64,000 bases of DNA from Setoptus koraiensis. Its lineage: Eukaryota > Animalia > Arthropoda. The notes beneath the pieces are model-generated. The model was not told the origin of the DNA. It saw only the letters and a list, made by a program, of their open reading frames with translations, and searched no databases. The stretch spans positions 16,802,001 through 16,866,000 of the forward strand of contig CM106586.1 of NCBI GenBank assembly GCA_048013815.1, written 5' to 3'. A program made the translations under genes and the position numbers. The first letter of the stretch is position 1. Each line of letters begins with the position of its first letter. Positions 47,570 to 62,038 of the stretch are shown here, piece by piece.

Positions 47570-49293
47570 GCTCCGAGTGTCATCAATGCCAACGCATTGT
47601 ATAAACTGCAGGATGTATTTTACACAGGAACGATAGGCTCTAGATTTTCACCAGCTAAGAAATGCAAATTGTATAAAGAATAAACTTCATCTTGCTCAAA
47701 CTCTTGCGTATTGTGCTTTCCCTCCTTTTTTGCCTCAAAGTAGAAATTCTGGGGGCGACTTGTTGTGCGCGAAGAACAGTTTGGTCGAATTAATTGCAGC
47801 CAAACGAAAGATTCGCAAAATAATTTGTCGCTTGATGCGTGATTCGTTTAGTACTGATCATCCTATTGAAAGCGTCGAGATTTTTTGAAACATTCACTTG
47901 TTGATTTAGCAGTTATTCAGTGTCATCTTTCTACCTCTCACAAACACAGAGGTTACTTAATATTAACGAAGTTTTTTTTAATCTGAGAAGCATACAAAAG
48001 TAAACAGATTGTAATAGACCGATAACTAGCTACAATTTAAAGTTACTCTTCGTTGGCGTCAACATTACATTTTTCTCGTCCTAAAGTATTCATGACTCAA
48101 ATAAATTTTTTCGCATCGGGTCAATTCGTATGGTACCAGTACCGTATCTAATCAACGACATTGCAGCACGGTCGTCTTAATTGTTAGCAACTATAGATCG
48201 AGCACGTGTGACTTCAGACATTCTATAAATTGCAACAATTATCGATTGGATACCATTGCTCAATTGTAGATAGATGAAAAAATATCTTACGGTCGCTACC
48301 CCAGAATAATCAAGCTGAACAAAGAGATAGAGTCAACGGAAACACATGAAAACAAGTGGCAGTCTACAAATATGAATATCAAGTACACTTGTTGCTAATT
48401 GTTCAATGATGAGCAGCTTCATATAGATCCTCTTGTGCTTTTTACTCTTGAACAAGGCTTTCTTGTGCGAATGATGACATTGAATCGCAATCATCATATA
48501 CAAGTTACAATCTTAAACAATTCAATCGACATCAATGACCCGTGTATTACGCATTGCCCAACAAAACTTGAATCCTTCTAATACCTTGCAATAGAAGATA
48601 TACTCCGTGATGCTGTTGCACGTCGAGACATGTGTTCGTTAGTTTTGGTAGAATAGTATTGTTCTCTAGAAGTGTTTCCTATCAGACCTCAGATAGTGAA
48701 AATTTCATTTCGTCAAATGTACGATATTAGAATGAGGGTGATAATTGATTATTGGCTATTAGTGATTTGCTTGATAACTATTGTTTTGGTTGCATTTCAT
48801 TATTTGATGTCAGTGTTTCAGTGTGGCTGTTTTTGCCGTAGTTTTCTTATGCCAATCTCTTTCTCATTGCCTGCTACCTACCAGTGGGTATAGCAAAGAC
48901 AGGATCTGACGATTGTTATGGAATAATCATTTGATCATCAAATATGACAAGCGAGCTGTGTGGCCGCCGGCCAGGTAAGGATAAGTTGCCATGATAATTT
49001 TTCTCGACTGATTGACAATTCCGATTGGCAACAGATTGAAAGTTTTAAGATGATGGCTCGAACAACAACTATTGAGATGTGTCTTGGAACAATTGATATA
49101 AATGAGTACGATCCTCAGAATACACAATCACTGTGAATCACTGTGACAACAGTCAAAGTATATCTGTTTTTATCCATTCGAACCCATGGTAATTGTTCAG
49201 ATAAAATTTATAGTGGACATTGAAGTTAATTAATTATTAGTATATTCTACTTACTAATCAAGTTACGGTCACAAAATCGTCAAAAAACCAAAC

Positions 49294-51509
49294 ATGCAGA
49301 TTGCAATCGTGCTGATCAGCACTTTTTATTTCGCCGTGCTTTTGATCCATTCAGTGTCAGCCTCACCATTTGATTCCATCAAGTATAAATCATCGCAAAC
49401 TAAAGGCAAAGAGTCCCCCAATGTTTGCATGACGCCGGGATGCGTCAAGGCGGGTGAGTATGCCCTTTTTTAGGAATGCTTTTTCAATTCGAGAGCTCAT
49501 AATCAATAACTTATTCTTACAATCAATAATTTGAAACTTTTATCTCGCTTCGATCATTTAGCTGCCGAACTCTTGAATAATATGAACGAAACTGCGAACC
49601 CTTGCGAGGACTTTTACCAGGTCAGTTTCCAAATAATAGTTTCATTCATTCATTCTTGCTGTGGTAATATCGTATTCTGACTTGTGTATTTTTTATTAGT
49701 TTTCCTGTGGGAATTGGAAACAGTCTAGAGACCTATTACAGGACAGAAATGATATTAATCAGTTTTCAATCAGTTACAATGCTGAATGGATTAAGTTGAG
49801 AGACGCCATAGAGGATGGTTCTATAGGATTGAATCGGCCAGTGTTCGCGAAGATGATCAGCTTTTACCGTAGCTGTATGAAATCAAGTAAGTAAATCTAA
49901 ATAATGATGAATCATGTCAAAAATACAAGTTACCTGTCATGTGCAATAACAAATTCAGTATTTGATAATAATAGCATTGTGTCTTTCTACCAACCCTCAG
50001 ATTTGTCTGTTTTTGCTGACACAGTTTCGTCCAGAAAACACATCCGATTGGGACAGGATTACCCACAATTCAACTATTTTGACACCGATCTCCAAACTCG
50101 AGTAAGCATCGTGAAAACTTTTTAATAGAGATGTAATAAATTGCGATGATCATGTAAAATTGATTGGTCAAGAGCTGGCTGGTATAAATTGATTTGCTAT
50201 CAAAATGCAACACTCACTAACGTTGAATTGTTATCTCGTTCAATCATGTAATAATTAACAGGTTGACGGCACCTCATCATTTTTATCAGATAACCTAAAC
50301 ATGACAATACAAGGTGAGCTAACCGCAGTATACCACACTCATAGATGGATATTTTATCTTAATTGTCAAGCTCTCGTACTGATTGCTCATACCGATTATC
50401 TGTGCATGCAATCATCTATCTGCATTCGAACCTGAATTATCGCAGACTATCCTGGTGCGGACTCCAGCCGAATATCTCCAAGATGGAAAGTTTGTCTAGA
50501 GCAGGTTCTACAATATTTTCCAGCACCCCTGTCATCATTATATGTCAGAAGAGTGTTCGATGAGGAATCTAAAAAACCCGTTGAGCAAATGACGCGCTAT
50601 GTGCAGAAAGGGTTCACAAAGTTGCTGGACAAGGCTACATGGATAGACTCGGAGACGAAAGATTCGGCTCTTACAAGGGCACAAAGGATGAAAAGTGAGA
50701 TTGGGTACCCGAAAAATTTATTGAATGATCGTTTATTGGAACAGATGTACAAAGGTTTGGTAATCGACGAGAACGATTTTTTTAAAAATAACGAAACCCT
50801 AACGAAACTGACCAACAGTTGGCTCTACCAATATCTAATGGTTGTTAAGTTTGATGGGCTTGTAGCTGTACTTCGATTATCTCCCTTCTACTCCTATTCT
50901 TTTGAAGACCATCCAGGTCAGGAATATATTCGCAACGAAGCGATTCATATACCGGCATCAACAATTAAAGCTCCGTTTTATGTGAAATCTCGACCGAACT
51001 ACATCAATTTCGGTCTCATAGGTACTATTTTAGGCCATGAGATAACGCATGGGTTCGATTCAGAAGATCACCTTTTTGGCGGTATTGGAACAACTAATGC
51101 TCATAATGAATATAAGCGACGTGAAAAATGTATCGTGGATCGGTACAGCAACCAGACTGACCCAACAACGAAATTAAGATTAGACGGCGAAAAAACTTCG
51201 CGAGAAAACGTTGCAGACTACGGCGGTTACAAGACCGCTTATATTGCATACAATATGTGGAGGAAAGACTACGGCGACGAACCCTTATTGCCAGGGTTGA
51301 AATATACTGTCGACCAGCTTTTCTGGTTATCGTCAGGTAATTTATGGTGCGGCGAATATTCGGCCTCTCATCTGAAGCAACAGATCATGACCGACACACA
51401 TAGTCCAGCCAAATTCAGAGTTAACGTTCCCCTATCTAGTATTCCCGAATTTAGAGCGGCATACAACTGCCCAGCGATGGATCCTTCACTGGAATGTTCA
51501 GTCTGGTGA
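49294..51509 (+). CDS. Secreted neprilysin-like M13 metallopeptidase, shortened (540 aa), 6 exons (49294-49453, 49562-49620, 49700-49886, 50001-50101, 50262-50313, 50446-51509)
   Basis: Signal peptide; CMTPGCVKAA..NMNETANPCEDFYQFSCGNW; PRWKVC; HEITH; ENVAD; HSP..FRV; C-terminal CSVW. Exon lengths sum to 1623 nt with consistent phases. Confidence 0.88.
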
Positions 51510-52680
51510 TTTTTCATCACGATATGATCAATAACAAATGTAGTTTTTTGTTATTAAGACATTAAGACATTTTAGAACAAATAAAGGCGAATGACAACAA
51601 TGCATTACGACCAACGAGTCGCTTTGTCTCTTAGGTATATTATAGCTTCGACCTACACGTGCCAGGCGTTATCTCAGATCTAATAACATCACGCTCTATG
51701 AGCGATTCTCTTTCTCTGATTTAGTGTCGAAAGTCTAGATAATTATCTAGACTGTTGTTCCGTACAAATCTCCATTGGTTGTGATCGAATTTGTTTTTCA
51801 AATACCATAGGAGTTCGACGTTGAGTTCACCCTTGATAACTTGATAAGTTCCATCAATCTCAGTATCAAGAAAGATGAACCAAAGAAAAAACCGTAAGTG
51901 TGCAGGTTATTGGTAAGCTAATAGGTTAATCGAGGATCAGCGAATTTGAATACCTTAAATAAGCAACTGCCAGTCTAAGGTAATCAACTGCCGTGATGAA
52001 CTTGACTCCAGTTGAAACTTCGAATTACAATCGCACAACTTTAACTTTGATGTAATTCTATGTGGCAGTCAATGATTCCAGTGATTGTCCACAACATGAT
52101 GATCGCATAGTTAGATTCGCAAATCCACCGTGCTGACAAATTCAGTGGTATATGTCGAAGATGAATTGTTGTAGTCAAATTATTGTGCAGATATCACCTG
52201 AGATTGCGCTTATTCCAAAGTCCAGTCAATTATATCAGTTACATCAACATTTACTTTGTGTCGAAACAACGGGCCTCGGTATCCGCTTCTAAAGCTGAAG
52301 ACCGATAGGCTACCATTCATTCGAGTCAACATACATTTCTCTTCATATTTGCTCCTTGCTAAAAGTGCACCGGAAAGAATTTAACTCTCGAAAATTCGAG
52401 AAATGAATGTTTTTTCTTTTTTCTTTATTGTGAAAGAACTCACAGGTAGCTCGCATTCCCTGAAACATTTTTGCTACTTAAATCTCGCGCCCAGAAACAA
52501 AAACGCGAGAATGCACGTCATTGGAGAGGAATAAAAAACATTTGTTATTATCAAGTTTTGGATATTATGGATAAGATTTACCGTAGTCTTTGGATGGACT
52601 CATGAAATAAACTAAACTGGCCCACATCAACTGACACATCATTACCGAAAATTGTTTTTTCACTGTTCAACTTACCTAAG

Positions 52681-53049
52681 ATGGATCAACAATGTGATAA
52701 AATAGACCTGTCCGACTGGACAAAGGATCAAATAAATGGGAAAATGAATCAACTTTTTAGTAAACTCATCATAGACGTGGATGCCAAAGTTATATCTGTT
52801 TCAGAGACCCAGTCAGAATTAGATCTACAACTAGACAGACTAATCAAAACGTTGGATGAAATTAAACTGAACGACAAACTGACTAATCACATCAATGTCA
52901 ATTTCAAGAGACTCTACGCACTTAAAAGGCGACTGACACTAATACACACTATACTTAGTAATTCCAGTTCCAGATGCAAGAGACTTCTTGCGGCCAATCG
53001 ATCCACAGTGGCCTCTCTATCGCAGCTTACATTAGGCCCCAGTCAATAA
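52681..53049 (+). CDS. SNAPIN: SNARE-associated protein Snapin (BLOC-1 subunit 7), intronless
   Basis: The two coiled-coil helices DVDAKVISVSETQSELDLQLDRL and KRLYALKRRLTLIHTILSN resemble Snapin (LDSHVHAVRESQVELREQID; KKLLNARRRVVLVNNILQN). Confidence 0.8.
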   Translation: MDQQCDKIDLSDWTKDQINGKMNQLFSKLIIDVDAKVISVSETQSELDLQLDRLIKTLDEIKLNDKLTNHINVNFKRLYALKRRLTLIHTILSNSSSRCKRLLAANRSTVASLSQLTLGPSQ

Positions 53050-53396
53050 TAGAGCAAAATAGAAGTCAAATTTTTAGTGTCACAGGCCTTCGATGGGCCA
53101 CTTCGTGATTGTTACTCTATTCATCCAGTTCAGTTTGTTATGATAACAATTTTTCAAAGGACCAGTATTATCAAAGAACAAATATTTATTTATTTTAAAA
53201 GTCATTTACAATGTCAAACTATGTAGACGTATTAAGAAAACAACTTGATCACATGTTGTAAATGTTTTGCGGATACGTCGATGTGTAGGTGTGATTATAG
53301 TAATCCAAACTAGCTTCAGGAATTTCAGTTTCAACAATATTTATATATATATATATATATATTACATAATAATTATTATAATTTTGTAATAATCCA

Positions 53397-55849
53397 TTAA
53401 CCATGAAATACAAACAAGTTTCCTCCGAGATTAAGGTCGTTGACGAAACTACAGATGATTGGTAAAGCAAAGGAGAGAAAAGATCATTCGGATTGATTAG
53501 GAATGTGAAATGAGATAGAAAATCTTCTTCTGTGATATGTATAAAACAAGAACTTACGTTGATGTGAGTTGAGTGAATCCTCTCGGTCCGCATGCCAAAA
53601 TGTACAATTCGTCTGGACTAAATCCATCCACTGTCTTGTTCACCAAATCTTTAGTTATTCTGCCACGGGCGCCAGCCCAGTCCGATTTGGAATCTTCCTC
53701 GGACAGTACGTGTTCAACATGAAAGCGGTCTTTGTGGGCTTCTTTCATTTTATCAAGTTTATATCTCCAGATTATATCTTTTTGAGTCTTGTTGAAGAAA
53801 ACAAGCCGTACCGACTTGGTAATATCATTGTCTTGAGACAATAGGTATGACATGACTCTGACCATAGGAGTGAAACCAGTTCCAGCGGCGAACAATATCC
53901 AATGCCTTTTGTTGATAGCAAGTTTTTCAATGTCAAAATCCACCAATTGATAATCGCTTATATCTATGCTATCACCGAGTTTCAACTCATTTATCTTTGG
54001 TGTCAAAACTCCATTAGGATAGATTTTGATAATGAAATAAAGTTTGTTCATAAAGCCCGACTCATCTGTGAGACCATCATTATCAAGAAGATCAGATGTA
54101 ACGGGAGTGTAGTTTTTATGAACACGATAATCATAATCGTCTAAAGAGCCATCCTGTGAGATTTGGTTTTTTCCATCAGAGAACTCTCTCAGGAGTACGT
54201 GCCAGCCAATCGGTACGTACATTAAGCCTTTGAATTCAAACTCATATAGGTATGTGTCATGGGTGAGTTGTTTTTTACTAGCCAACTGACAAGGCCTAAA
54301 AAATTTTTCTACAAAATAATTTATAATGTGAGTGAAGGCGCAAATGAGGAGAAAAAAGAGAGTGTCTCATAAGTTGTTTGTGTGTCAGATGAAAGGGCTG
54401 GGTAAATAGAGCGGAAATAACTTAATAGATAGGTTGATTTTTATATTGATGAGTAAACTTACCAGCTAAACTCATTTCGCAAAGTGAATCATTAAGATCC
54501 AATGATGATCCTATCTTGGGCCAAATGACAGATTCTTTTTTCGACAAATTGAGCACTATACATCCGTCATCGCTTAATAGTTGGGCCTCTATATTACCGC
54601 AAACCTTTTGTTCCAATTTTAGATGAACGCGATACAGCCAATCGTGCGTTAATATTACTGATATTTGTAATTCCATTTGATCAATGAGATCACAAATGAG
54701 ATTTCTACTCCTTACTAGGGCTAATGTTAGTTCTTGTATTTTAATCTTGATTGAAAACTTATCTTGAGAAATCACATACGTTGGTGGTTGCTGTATTTGG
54801 TTGGAGCTAGCGCTCAGTGAATTATTCAATAATAACGATTGATATTTGGTGGGCGATTGGACTGTCAACGCAATGGATTGACGCCTGGGAGGTACTTGAT
54901 TAGCTACAGTGGGGTCTTTGTTCTTGTTTCTACTATCTTTGTTAGTAGCGTGCTTGTTGTTTGTTGGACTAGTGGTGGAAATAGGATCGCATTTATATCT
55001 GCCAACTAAACACTTGGCTAAGATAGACTCGTAATTGACCCAACGATGAACCTCGTTGAACAAATCTGTGGCATCTTGGCCAGCGGCTCGCATTAATTCC
55101 TCTTCTCCTCCTGGATGATAGCTAAGATATAATGTTACATTATATACATTGCCCTTGAGCGCCACCCAACAATCATCGGTTGTATTGTGTTGCGCCAACT
55201 GTTCCGGTGTGACATCCAACAATTTGCCATTTGTTCCGCTAAGATCTTTCGAAGTAGAGGCCAATCTGATCCATCCCATAAGCGAGTGGCCGGGCTTTAG
55301 GGCCACCTTGTTCCTGAGTGATCCTGTGGCATTGCCCGATGTTGCAACAGCTAACTGGGAGCCCTGAGTAGAGAAAGCGCCAATGCCGTCCACTGTGAGC
55401 GATTGTCTTCGTGTATTGGTGATGTTAAGACTGAGCCGTCTGTTATTGTTTTGATTTATGAGCGCAGACGCTTGCGTTTTAACCTTAGTGGGCGACTTTG
55501 TGCAACCGGCAATGGTAGACTGTCTAATCATTGAATGTTGTTGCTGTTGTTGCTGGTGAAGCTGATGAATGAGCGCCGATTGTTTGTCTTGGCCGTTACT
55601 ACAATTGGCCGTTGATTCTTCATCTTGGTCATCTTGGTCGTGTTGTAGCTGCTGTTGCTGCTGGTTGCTGTTGTCTTGGCTTTGATCTGTAGGTGACACA
55701 TCTTCTGTTGTTGGCTCGTCAACGGATTCGTTGATGAGCCTCGAGTCTTGATTGAACGTCAGGCCCAGCGACTGGACCACAATAGAGGGGGTGCGCTCGC
55801 GCCTGTAGGGCACACTCTGTTGCTGCTGTTTGTTGTCGTTGTCGGCCAT
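53397..55849 (-). CDS. CYB5R4: Cytochrome b5 reductase 4 (NCB5OR), 3 exons (55849-54463, 54308-53558, 53448-53397), 729 aa
   Basis: KVALKPGHSLMGW; b5 heme domain HPGG..GQDATDLFNEVH; CS domain; reductase motifs KNYTP, AAGTGFTPM and CGPRGF. Splicing gives 2190 nt in frame, ending FVFHG-stop. Confidence 0.93.
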
Positions 55850-58800
55850 TTTTGCTGTATTTTTGTATTATTATGCTGTTGTTTATTATGCCGGATTGTG
55901 GGATTGGTCAGTTTGTTGCGTATGTGGCCGGCCGCTTGTTATTAAAGTTATTATTGTTATTATTGTTTTCGTTATTATCGGGGTGGCGCGCACAGCTGAC
56001 TAATGTTGTTGTTTTGCAGTGTGAGCACTGTGAGCACTGGGCGAGTGTAAAATAGCGACTGTTGTTGCAAAATGTAATGAGTGATAATGAGCGCAATCTG
56101 CTGTTTCCACTGCCGGTGATATATGTTGCTTGCAAACTATTCTCGTTGTCGTGATGATAATAATTGATTATTGTTGCCGTCTATTTCTGGCTCGCTACTG
56201 CCGCTTGTGTACTACGATTACGATTGCCGCTGTGGCCACAACCGGCCAACGAAGGTCTCTCACAACAACAACAACAACAGCGGCAACAACAGCGGCAACA
56301 ACAACGACAACAACAACAATTGTAAAGACGATAATAACAACGGCGGTACTGCTAATAATGTGGCGAGAGTGTGTCTGGCGGTGTCTGCTTGTTAATGATT
56401 GATAATGTAACACTTTGCCACCGAAAGGTGTACTGCTGGCAATAATAATAATGATAATAGTAATAATGGTAATAATGATGATAATAATAATAATGATAAT
56501 AATTGTCGATAACAGTTTCGACCAGTCGCTTGCCGAGTCCGACTGACTGTGAGCCGCGCCGCGCCGAACGCAATCGAATCGGGCCGAGCCAAAATCGAAT
56601 GACGCCTATTGTGCGCGCGCCCCCCGCACACGCCGCCAGCACCCCCATCTGTACACATGTTCGCTGCACTGGCTCGCAGCGCACACAAGCGAGTGCGTCG
56701 AACGGCGCACACACACGCACTCGTTCGCTGAGCGAACGGTTGGCCTGCGTCGGTTGGCCTGCGTCGCGTCGCCTGCGTTGCGTCGCCTCGATCGCCCTGC
56801 CGGCCCCGTCGCTCTCCCCGTGGCGAACTTTTCTCGCCGCGCGCTGTGTTCGCTGCGCGCCGTCCGCAGCCGCCCGTCTCACAGCGAGGCGCCGCCGAAC
56901 TGTCCCGACCAGCGCCGAACTGCCGGACCGAATGCGGACTGCGGATTGCCGGCCCAAAGTTGCGGGCAGGCCGCACCGCGATGCCAGTCACGAACCGCCG
57001 GCTGGCTCGACGGCGGCGCCTTGGTGAGCCGTGCGTGCGTGTGTGTGTGTGTTATTTTTGCGCGCACACTATATTAATTTATAGTAGACGTGTGTGAGCA
57101 GCCAAACACAAACACGCACAGAGCCCCTGGCTGTGCACAGTGCGTGTCTGGGGCGCGCTAACTATTGTTATTTCGCCCGAAGCGTCGTTAGGCGCACTTT
57201 TCCAAATCGAAATCTCTCTCTCTTTTTTTATAGACAACCTTTGCCCGTCTGAACGAGTGTATTTATTTGCTCTCCTTTCTTTTTAATGATATTGTTGTGC
57301 CCGTGTAATAATAATATTTCCACTTGTCGCGGGCTGGCGCGAATGCGAGCTGGCGAGCCGGTCGGCCGGTCCGGCTCGTGCCGGCGTCGCAGCCGGCAGC
57401 GCAAACTGGTTCGGTTCGGGCCGGGCCGAGACGAGACGAGTCACACAGAGATTGAGTGCAATGCGACGCAATCGCCTCTCTTCAATGTCATATTTGGCTA
57501 GCTTGCAATAACAACAATGACGACCCAGCTAGCGACAGCAGCACGCCTCCCGGCCAGCTCGCGCAATCACACACACACACACTCCATCTTTATTTATCTT
57601 TCACGCAATCTTTCTCAATTCGCCGCTTGCGGCTCATAATTCACCATTGGCGGGCCCCATTGGCTGGCCCCGAACAGCGACAACGGCGAGCGACAGGATA
57701 GTGGCGTCTCGGCAAAAGTGGCACAACGCGAATGCCGCTGACAGGATAGACACTCCTTATTGTGAGCTCGCAATGTGTGTAGAATTATGAAAATGTGTCA
57801 GTCCGACGAAATGTTGCCATCCGTTGCTCACAGCAGCTTCTTGGGCTGCTCGCTTGCCATTAACGCGCTCGCTCTCGAGATAAGCCCGCGACACTGTTAC
57901 TGGCAGCGGTTATTGCCGGTTATTGCCAGCTCCCGTAGTGATGGTAACATAATCGCACCGTGTTCCACTTGCAATACTTTGTATTTGCTGCTGCAACACC
58001 TAGCGAGCGATTCCATAGTCTAAATTACTGCCACCGCGCAATATGTCGCTGCGTCGCTGTGTCGCTGTTGGCCGGGCCGGCCCGGCCGCCGACGGGCGAC
58101 ACAGTCGTAGCGCTGTATAAGTCAATATAACCTGTTTGCATTGTTATATAATACACAATAAAACACGACAACACTGCAACATGGCCCGCGAGTTGTGTGG
58201 GCGTGCAGCGCCGAATTATCGCCGGCAACCATTTGTGCGCGCTAGGCCGGATATCTGGCGACGATTGCGGGTCGGCGTTGCGCCGGTCCTATGGACGGCG
58301 GCGCATGCTGGAGCGAAATTAGCGCCGGCCCGACTAATTCGAGTCGCGAGTCGCAACACTAATTGTGGCCCATTGTTCGCGCCTCTGTCATAAGTCGCCC
58401 GGTCGCATTGTTGCGGGCGCTTATTAGCGGCCTTGCCGGCTCTCATTGGCGCTTATCTGGGATAATCTGTCTAGTTTAAACCATCCAGTCAGCTGACGCC
58501 AATCTGACAGGGCGACCGGGCCGCCAGTGGATTAGCCCGTGTGCGAGAGCAGTTGTCGGCGACGATTTCTCAGTGCTCAGTGCGTTCTCGCCGAGTTCTT
58601 GCTAATTTCTCGGCGAGCTCTCGGCGGGTTCTCGCCGAGAACTTCTCAGTGACAACTCACCGAGTACACGAGCCAGCTATTGTAGTGATTCCTCATTCTG
58701 CGAATTATCGTGCTTTCGCGTTGCCAGTCACGAGCAGAGCCACGGACAAGCGCCGTCGAGAGTCACTGGAGCGAGCACAGCGGGCGGCTTGTTGTCGTGT

Positions 58801-61800
58801 GACGCAAGAGCCAGTCGAGAGCCAACAAAGTCGACTGTTGTGATGTGTGTTGTGCAACATGCGCATGAGTCAACGGCGGAGAAGAAGCTCCAGAGAAGAG
58901 ATAATCCGATGGCGACGATCGCGCCGCCAGAGACGCCAATTCGCTAATTAGTCACTGGCCCATTGACACTCACTTGATCAGCCACTTGCCGCCAGGCGAG
59001 CGCTTGCATAATTCCATTGCCAACTATCGCTGGCAACCTCGCCTGGCTAACAATTACTTGCGAGCAACTTGTTGTTGCCGTTGTTGCAACTTGCTGCCGC
59101 CGCCGCCGCACACAATACACGTAATGCGCGAGTTACGCTACACTAGTACCCGTTGCCGGCGACCGGCTCGCAGTGTCAGCCAACTTGTGACTCACAAGAG
59201 TCAGAAGTGAGATAACGAGCAATAAAGACACGCTGCTAACGAGCCCAGCCAAGGCAAACGTCGGCGGCAGCGGTCTTGCCAGCGGGCGCCTATATGGCGG
59301 CGCTTGGCGGTGGTTTGTTTGCTGGCTCATTTATCAGCCTGACTTGCGAGAGATTCATGGCTCCGACAACAAATCACACCACAAATAATTCCGTTGTGTG
59401 TCTTGGAACAACAATCGACATTCGGCGAAGGCCAACTTGTTCGCGCCGCCGTCTGGCGTCTCGAGCCACTCGGAAAAGCCGGCCGCCTTCCTGTTGTCGA
59501 GGCTGTTGTTGTTGTTGCTGGTGCTGTTGTTGGCGCTGTTGTTGGCGCTGCGGTTGTTGCTGCTCATCTTCGTCGCTGATGGCCCGGCTTATTATTATAT
59601 AAGCCTAAGTAGGTTGTGTAGTAAATTGTGTGTGTGTGTGCTCACACACAACTTATAACACAACTTATAACGCGTAAGCTGCTCGCATAAGCAGATAGCC
59701 GGATAAAAGTAGCGAGCGAGATACTTTTATCTCTGGCGCTTTGTTGCCGCGCGCCACCCACCGAAGCCATTTATGGGCGCACATCCGTCAATCCGGCGGG
59801 CCCATCTCCCGTCGCCGATCGACACTCGCCCGACAACAACAAAGCAGCCCAAGCAACTTTGTGACCTTATTCATGCGCCCTGCTAAATGATGACGTCACT
59901 CGATGATTCCGTCCTGTCGTCTTCATTGCTCTCCCAGCAACCAATTAATCATCCTCATAAAATCGTTTATACATGCGCTGTCCCCTCCCCCCTCAGCAGC
60001 CAGTGCAACAGTGAGCCAAAGTTGGGGCCCGATTAACACGCGCACACCATCCAATAGCGAAAAGTAAATCTTGATTATCCGCTGCGCTGCGCTTGGGCTT
60101 GCGCCGGCCCCGTCTAGACGGGCAAGCGGCACAAAAGTCACGAGTAAATCATTTCGCCGTTATTTTGTTCTCGCGGGGCCCGTTCGGCCCGACCGTCGCC
60201 AAGCGACGCCAGCCCTCGTCAGCCAGCGCCAGCCAGCCAGTGCCGGCGAGGCCCAGTGAGGCCCGAGCGAGCAGCCTCATCGGTGTAATTGAGTGCCATC
60301 GTTTCAGTTTGTGCGGCACTGCAACTTGCGTTCGCCGGGCCTCTCGGCCCGGCACTTTGGGCGCGCGCTGCTCATCCTACTTAAACTCATATTAGTCGGC
60401 CGGTCCCTATTCCGGGCCGCGCCACTCGCGGATGCCATGGGGCACTCCTTGTCTCGCCAGCCTCCTTATATCACCATCAACAGCGCCAGCCGGCAAGAGA
60501 TTGCCAATAATTATATTATGTCATTAATTTGGCCAGCCTGCCAGCCCGCCAGACGTATGCGCGCCAGCAAATGAACCCGATGGAGGCCCGAGCGACATAA
60601 ATAAGTAACTAGGCAAAGAGGCCGGCCCTTATTAGTGGATGCCAGCGCAACAGACCAGTCAAGTTGTTGTTGTTGTTGTCGCTGCTGCTGCTGCTGTCAA
60701 ACAGTGTCTTGGCTGCCGGCCACTGGCCAGCGGGGGCAGCGGCGTGACGCAACAAATCCGCTGATGAAACCTGGCGCATGTTTTATTGTCACTTGAGTTT
60801 AGCTTGCCACGAGGAGCTGGCTGGCTGGCTGGCGCGCTGACAACAACAAAAAACGAGCGGCACGCGAACGGACCTATGCGCCAATGACATAGCGGTCTGG
60901 CCGCCGTTATCCACTATAACAGAGCAGTGAACAAATGTAACAGTAAGTGCTCTCTATATCTGCATACTGTGTGTGTGTGTGTGAATCTAATTACTTGGGA
61001 TGGAATTGTCTGCACCCTTGCGCTGCCGGACCCGACTCGAGCCAGGCCAAACAGCCAGACAGTTCATTGGAAATAAGATCGAGCGCTCTCTGGAGATGGT
61101 GAAATGGTTGCATATGCAAATGATTTGCATTTGCCGGCGCTACCATTTCATCGCTATTTCGTGCCGAAATGTTGTTGCCGAAATGTTGTTGCCGAAACGG
61201 CTGATGCTGTTTTTTCGCCCCCGCTCCCTCACTCACTCCCTCTATCGCCCGTCGCTAATAAATCGATATATCACACAGTGGCGTTAGTCGTATGCCGTTG
61301 CTCGTCACACCAACAGCCAGCCGATGACTGTCTGCCAGGGAATGGGGCCAGTCGCAACGGCGCGGGGCCCGAATCCATCTATTAATATATGTAGCTGAGG
61401 CGGCTCGTAGCTCGTGCCAATTTAAGTATTTATTTGCGCGTACGCGCGCGCGCGCGCACGGACAGCGGATCTGGGATTGCGGATTGCGTCATCAACGGGA
61501 TCAACTTTTTCAATTTGATTTTTCATGGTTGGCACACAAACAAACAAACACAACACAGATGGCACACAAATGAAAGACTGAGAAACAAAACACAATCTGT
61601 CAATTGGCAACGCTGTCCGGCGCTAGATTGGCCAGCCCGACGAATGGGGCCCGGCGCGGCTCGCCGGACGATCGCGGCCGTTTTGCAAATCTGGCCAGCC
61701 GGCCAGTGTAACTTACAATTTGTAAGTGCGCGGCGAGTGGCCAGTTGAGGCCGGCTGGCCACTCGCAACAAAGTCACGGTAGCAGTTACAACAATTGTGA

Positions 61801-62038
61801 GTGCGGCCCGGCGCTTTCGCTCGCTGGCCCGAGCTGGCTGACTCGCGAGGGGGCGGCGGGCGGCCGGGGGATTTGCGAGTCAGTGGCCGGCGATTCCGCC
61901 AAGCTCCCGCCGAGCGTGGGGCGCAGTGTTTTGTTGCTGTTGCGCTGTGGCGCGGGCGGAGCGCAGCGCTGTAGGTGCGCGAACTAAACTCAAAAATTGT
62001 TGAGATGCTGATATTGGCCATTCGAATCATTTGAAGCG

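Noticed and set aside
51600-52450. Possible degraded coding sequence between neprilysin and SNAPIN (also 47.7-49.2 kb)
   Set aside because: All frames are interrupted by stops and I could not match any patch to a known family without a search.
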